DNA from: a virus
Lineage: Duplodnaviria > Caudoviricetes
IMG/VR virus record: IMGVR_UViG_3300037991_004042
Coordinates: 1-62,172 of that record
DNA: 62,172 nucleotides
Reading direction: 5' to 3' (one strand)
In this document: piece by piece, positions 58,717 to 62,172 of the stretch
Layout of the letters: the number at the start of each line of letters is the position of its first letter
Position numbering within the stretch: position 1 is the first letter of the stretch
Made by a program: the position numbers and the translations under genes
Notes under the pieces: model-generated
The model's database searches: none
What the model saw: only the letters and a program-made list of their open reading frames with translations
Told to the model about the DNA's origin: nothing

Positions 58717-59082
58717 GTCCTTGTTTTTTTTGAGATATTTGATCCACGCGAATCTTTTTCTTTTGGCGCAGTATTCCAAGTTTGTTTCGTGTTCATACGC
58801 TTCTAGTTCGAATGGTAATAGGTGGTATGCTATTTCGCCGCTTCGATGTTTGATTAACAATGCGAGCCACATTGCAAGGTACAGGAACCATTGTCCGACG
58901 AATAGGAGTTCTATTTGTTGTTGGAAGTGTATTGTCTCGTGATTTTTTGTTTGTGGGTCGAGTTCTCCTCTGCACCATACGAACCATCCCAATGCGATGG
59001 CCCATATTTCTATTGGTGCCACCTTTGAAAGTATAATTGGTAGGCTTGAGTTTTCGATAAAGATTGGCTTCCAGTTTTTCAT
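58702..59082 (-). CDS. HExxH zincin-like protein
   Basis: NHETIHFQQQ...PFELEAY. Confidence 0.75.
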   Translation of the reverse strand: MKNWKPIFIENSSLPIILSKVAPIEIWAIALGWFVWCRGELDPQTKNHETIHFQQQIELLFVGQWFLYLAMWLALLIKHRSGEIAYHLLPFELEAYEHETNLEYCAKRKRFAWIKYLKKNKDLQDA

Positions 59083-59084
59083 AA

Positions 59085-59351
59085 CTACCTCTTTCCGTGT
59101 CGTTTGTAATTAAGGAATAGCTTATCTTTATCGTATATTTCCCAGTATATTGTTTTGTACTCCATCTTGTTTTCTTCTGGTATTTCTTTTAAGAATAAGT
59201 AGAGTAAACATTCTGATGCGAATTTACTTGGTTGGTGTCTTCTGTAGAGCCATCCTTCGATAGTCTTGTAATGGAAGCCTAGTTTTTTTGCGAATTGTGT
59301 TGGCGTGATACACTTTTGGGACATGTATTCGTCAATGAGCCACGGTATCAT
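59085..59351 (-). CDS. XRE-like HTH regulator
   Basis: ITPTQFAKKLGFHYKTIEGWLYRRHQP. Confidence 0.8.
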   Translation of the reverse strand: MIPWLIDEYMSQKCITPTQFAKKLGFHYKTIEGWLYRRHQPSKFASECLLYLFLKEIPEENKMEYKTIYWEIYDKDKLFLNYKRHGKR

Positions 59352-59365
59352 TTTGGATTCCGAGT

Positions 59366-60256
59366 TTATGATTGGTTCAATTCTATTGCGTCGTATTTTA
59401 TTGTCTGTAGATTTACGCCAGCAATATCTATTTTGTTGCTTGTAATGTGATAGTGTGCGCAGAATCCGGTGAACTTTTTATCTCTTACCATTGGATCTAC
59501 GCCATGATTAATGATGGGTATTTCAAGAGGTATGTTGTAAGCATTTGATATAGCCGCCCAAAGAGCAGAGAGTGCTTTCAGTTGTACTGGATAGAATCCC
59601 AAGTGTGTTTCAAGTGGTTTTCCGTGTACTGTAACGCCTTCTTTAATGGGTCTTTTTCCGTATCCATTTTTGACATACCAGTCTTGGTACTTTGTGTAGA
59701 AGGCATTTGTAATTTCTACGCCGATTGAAATTGAGTTGTGATTTCCTGCATGGTATGTGATGTGGTTTGTATCAACTGATTGCAAGATGGTTCCGTCGTT
59801 ATCAATCATAAAGTGAACGGATAGTCCACGGTTGTTTAGTATTCTAAGGCAGTGGTTTGATGATAGTGTTGCATCCCAATGGTTTACAAAGAGTATTGGA
59901 TCTCTTCTTTTATCGCAGAGTTTAAATGCTGAGTGGTTTGGTAGTAGTGTTGGGTCATCGAGATAGGTTACAACATTATCCCATTCGATAGGCATCTTTA
60001 CGCCATCGCAAATAATAGCCTTGTCACCAGCATTTTTCTTGAAGTGTATGTGAGCTTCCTTTTCTTTTCGCTTCGTCCATATTCTTCTAAATGTAATTTC
60101 ACCGACCATACCATCCGGTGTGAGTCCATTTTCCATTTGGAATGCTTTTACATTGTCTATAAGCTCTTCATTAAAGTCGGCGACACCAAACCATCTAGGC
60201 TTCCAACCATAGTCAAGTGAAGATTGCTGATTGTAAAGTATTGCTTTCTGACTCAT
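59366..60256 (-). CDS. Endolysin: peptidoglycan-binding domain plus N-acetylmuramoyl-L-alanine amidase
   Basis: VKAFQMENGLTPDGMVGEIT; VNHWD, SVHFMIDNDG, YHAG...SIGVEI, AHYHITSNKID. Confidence 0.92.
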   Translation of the reverse strand: MSQKAILYNQQSSLDYGWKPRWFGVADFNEELIDNVKAFQMENGLTPDGMVGEITFRRIWTKRKEKEAHIHFKKNAGDKAIICDGVKMPIEWDNVVTYLDDPTLLPNHSAFKLCDKRRDPILFVNHWDATLSSNHCLRILNNRGLSVHFMIDNDGTILQSVDTNHITYHAGNHNSISIGVEITNAFYTKYQDWYVKNGYGKRPIKEGVTVHGKPLETHLGFYPVQLKALSALWAAISNAYNIPLEIPIINHGVDPMVRDKKFTGFCAHYHITSNKIDIAGVNLQTIKYDAIELNQS

Positions 60257-60294
60257 GACTACTTCCCGTTTGTTTATTGTTGTCTTGTAAGCTT

Positions 60295-60390
60295 TAATAA
60301 GTGAGGAGGGCAGTTACGCCCCCCTCTTTAGGGCTAGCAACTGAAAGCAATCGTTTAATTATTAAAAGAAATGATGCCAGCCCCAAAATT
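60295..60390 (-). ncRNA. Two-hairpin structured element, possible third sRNA or endolysin leader
   Basis: Stems 60331-60339/60375-60383 and 60303-60311/60318-60326 form G-U pairs only on the - strand. Confidence 0.4.
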
Positions 60391-60398
60391 CAATGAAG

Positions 60399-61001
60399 TT
60401 ACTCTTCTTTTGTTTCTCTGAATGAGTATTCATAACCATATTCTTCTAATGCCGCTTTAATAACTTCAGTGGCAGACACTTTATATTGATTTTCTACGAA
60501 GACTGTTACTGCTGTCATTGAGTTGTCGTCATACTCTGCTGAGTCTTCTAGTTCTTCGTTTGCAAAGTCGTCCCAATCAGTTGTGTGCTCCATTAATTTC
60601 TCAATGTCGAAGTCAGAGAAGCCGAGATCATTCATGTCGAAGTCTTCTTGTAGATCCGAGATAAGTTCTTTGAGTTGTTTTTCATCCCATTGAGACAGTT
60701 CGCCGATTTTGTTGTCTGCAATTGCAAGTGCATCGGCTTCTTTGTCTGTTAGATCCATGAAACGGACAGGCACAAAGTCAAGATTTAGTTTTTTTGCAGC
60801 CTTAAACCTAGTGTGACCTGCAATTATTCTCTTTGTTTTAAGTTGAGCAATAATTGGGCTTGCAAATCCAAACTTTTGTATGGATACTGCCACATTTTCT
60901 ACTGCATGATTGTTTAATCTTGGGTTCAGATCCCATTCTATCAACTCTTCTATTCCAACCCACTCAGCAGCGGCGGGTTTTTCTACTTTTTCTATGTCCA
61001 T
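60399..61001 (-). CDS. ParB/Srx N-terminal domain protein
   Basis: NPRLN...SIQKFGFASPII...IIAGHTRFKAAKKL...IADNK...WD. Confidence 0.88.
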   Translation of the reverse strand: MDIEKVEKPAAAEWVGIEELIEWDLNPRLNNHAVENVAVSIQKFGFASPIIAQLKTKRIIAGHTRFKAAKKLNLDFVPVRFMDLTDKEADALAIADNKIGELSQWDEKQLKELISDLQEDFDMNDLGFSDFDIEKLMEHTTDWDDFANEELEDSAEYDDNSMTAVTVFVENQYKVSATEVIKAALEEYGYEYSFRETKEE

Positions 61002-61267
61002 AATAGTGCTCCCATTAAAAGTGTTTGTGCAATTCCTATTGCGATAATAAACTTAAGCTTAAAAGAATAATCTTTTGGCTTTTTGTCAGTGTTTCTTTTA
61101 AGAAATAGAAGCATTACTGGCTTGCCGTCTTTTTCAATTGCAAGCTGAGAGAATATTTCATAATCGTTCTTAAAAAGCGCATTCAACACCGCATCATTTA
61201 CGGAGTTTTTTGGGTTTGTAAGATCAATTTCTACGATAGTATTTGTATTTTCTTCGATAATGTTCAT
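60992..61267 (-). CDS. Hypothetical protein with C-terminal TM helix
   Basis: ORF overlapping the ParB-like start. Confidence 0.6.
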   Translation of the reverse strand: MNIIEENTNTIVEIDLTNPKNSVNDAVLNALFKNDYEIFSQLAIEKDGKPVMLLFLKRNTDKKPKDYSFKLKFIIAIGIAQTLLMGALLWT

Positions 61268-61313
61268 TTTTTTTCTTTATGTAAAATATAATAAGTTTTT
61301 TTTCTAATACAAC

Positions 61314-61403
61314 AAAAAAATTAAAGACGCTAGATAAAAGCGGTATCCCACAACCTCCTCTATCTAGCGTCTGACATCATGCTCACGAGCACCGAGCATG
61401 AAG
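61314..61403 (-). ncRNA. Candidate trans-antisense sRNA targeting the 5457, 5935 and 3911 leaders
   Basis: Promoter TTGACC-17 nt-TAACTT with TG extension (61434-61406), 8-bp 5' hairpin, 12-bp 3' stem (61325-61336/61361-61372) and U-tract. Confidence 0.6.
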
Positions 61404-61453
61404 AAAAGTTATCACTAATTTCTTTGAAGGTCAAGAATAAACAACAAACTTTT

Positions 61454-61684
61454 TCAAAGTTTTATTACCACATCTTTTCCAATGACGAAATACCTCAGTT
61501 GTCCCTCGGCAAATAGGATTACGGATCTGCATTTCTTTCTTTGCTCAAAACGCTTTTGTCCATAAATCATAGCAGGAGGTATTTGGTTTCGTGTTGCAAC
61601 AGGGTAAGTTGATCCCGCCTTAAGGGTTACTATTGACTTGTCAGAGCGATAAAATTGCATTTCTCTTATGAGTTCATATTTCAT
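61454..61684 (-). CDS. Hypothetical protein
   Basis: GGAGG RBS; directly after the helicase stop. Confidence 0.7.
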   Translation of the reverse strand: MKYELIREMQFYRSDKSIVTLKAGSTYPVATRNQIPPAMIYGQKRFEQRKKCRSVILFAEGQLRYFVIGKDVVIKL

Positions 61685-61685
61685 T

Positions 61686-62172
61686 TTACATGTCCTCCTT
61701 TATACATTCCAATCCCTTTGATCCGCTTGGGGTTTCTATCCATTCATCCGCATAGACACAACTCAATGGGTCAAATGCCATTGTGCAATGTGAACCTGCA
61801 ACTCCAAACTCAGACCTGATCTTGTCTGCATATACAGCGCATGCCGTGTACTTTCTTTTTTCATTTGGCTCCAGTCTTTGAACTACAAGCCCCACATGAG
61901 CATCTTGCCTGATGGCACTAGCACCTTTTAAGTCTGTTATTCGAACCCTTCTTTGTTGTTGAACTGAAAGATTGTTTGGGTGGCATATGAGCATGATTGT
62001 AATATCATCTGCGACAGCGACGGTAGCCAACTTTCTAACTATGTATTCGAGCATTTGTCTTTCGTTGTCCTCTTGTCCCATTGTAAGGAATCCAATGTGG
62101 TCAACCAAGTGAATTTTTGTGTGGTATCTTCTTGCAGACATACGAATTGACTCTACAACATTTTCGAAATCA
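61686..62172 (-). CDS. Primase-helicase, 3' part (SF4 helicase C-terminus)
   Basis: HLVDHIG, ICHPN, DLKGASAIRQDAH, KIR; in frame with 1..1529. Confidence 0.92.
   Translation of the reverse strand, partial: DFENVVESIRMSARRYHTKIHLVDHIGFLTMGQEDNERQMLEYIVRKLATVAVADDITIMLICHPNNLSVQQQRRVRITDLKGASAIRQDAHVGLVVQRLEPNEKRKYTACAVYADKIRSEFGVAGSHCTMAFDPLSCVYADEWIETPSGSKGLECIKEDM
62074..62171. repeat. Terminal overlap with 1-98
   Basis: Exact 98-nt match. Confidence 0.95.

Noticed and set aside
60399-61001. Plasmid-prophage partition system
   Set aside because: Only the ParB N-terminal domain is present, with no ParA and no parS-binding HTH; this type is common near packaging genes.
62074-62172. Biological direct terminal repeat
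   Set aside because: It lies mid-gene and its length fits an assembler k-mer overlap, so it is not a physical end.
1-62172. Stop-codon reassignment, tRNAs, reverse transcriptase/DGR, introns or inteins
   Set aside because: TAA, TAG and TGA all end full-length genes; I saw no cloverleaf, RT motif or intein signature. Checked by eye only.

Overview
The window is an apparently complete ~62.07 kb tailed (siphovirus-like) dsDNA phage genome. Bases 1-98 repeat at 62074-62171, and a T7 gp4/Twinkle-type primase-helicase reads through that junction. It contains a replication/recombination operon (Cas4-like exonuclease, Sak4-like ATPase, SSB, RuvC, primase-helicase), + strand early-type operons (5.4-9.2 kb and 50.5-56.8 kb), a long - strand morphogenesis region (protease/scaffold, capsid, neck, tail tube, frameshifted tail chaperone, tape measure, tail tip, fibres), separately oriented portal and terminase genes, two DNA methyltransferases and an amidase endolysin. 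I saw no integrase, DNA polymerase, tRNA or CRISPR array. Three things stand out. (1) Two, possibly three, free-standing small-RNA-like units (9.3, 61.3, 60.3 kb) are each complementary to the leader of a different distant early operon; two share the same permuted block layout, suggesting a trans-acting antisense control system. (2) A deoxysugar pathway (RmlB, RfbH/DdhC, SDR) and a triple-GT2/TPR glycosyltransferase are interleaved with neck genes, suggesting virion glycosylation. (3) A DUF6744/DUF3150-like gene plus a RavA-type AAA+ and a vWA gene sit in a block between TerL and a putative TerS, near a likely genome end. All calls come from reading motifs by eye; no database searches were run.
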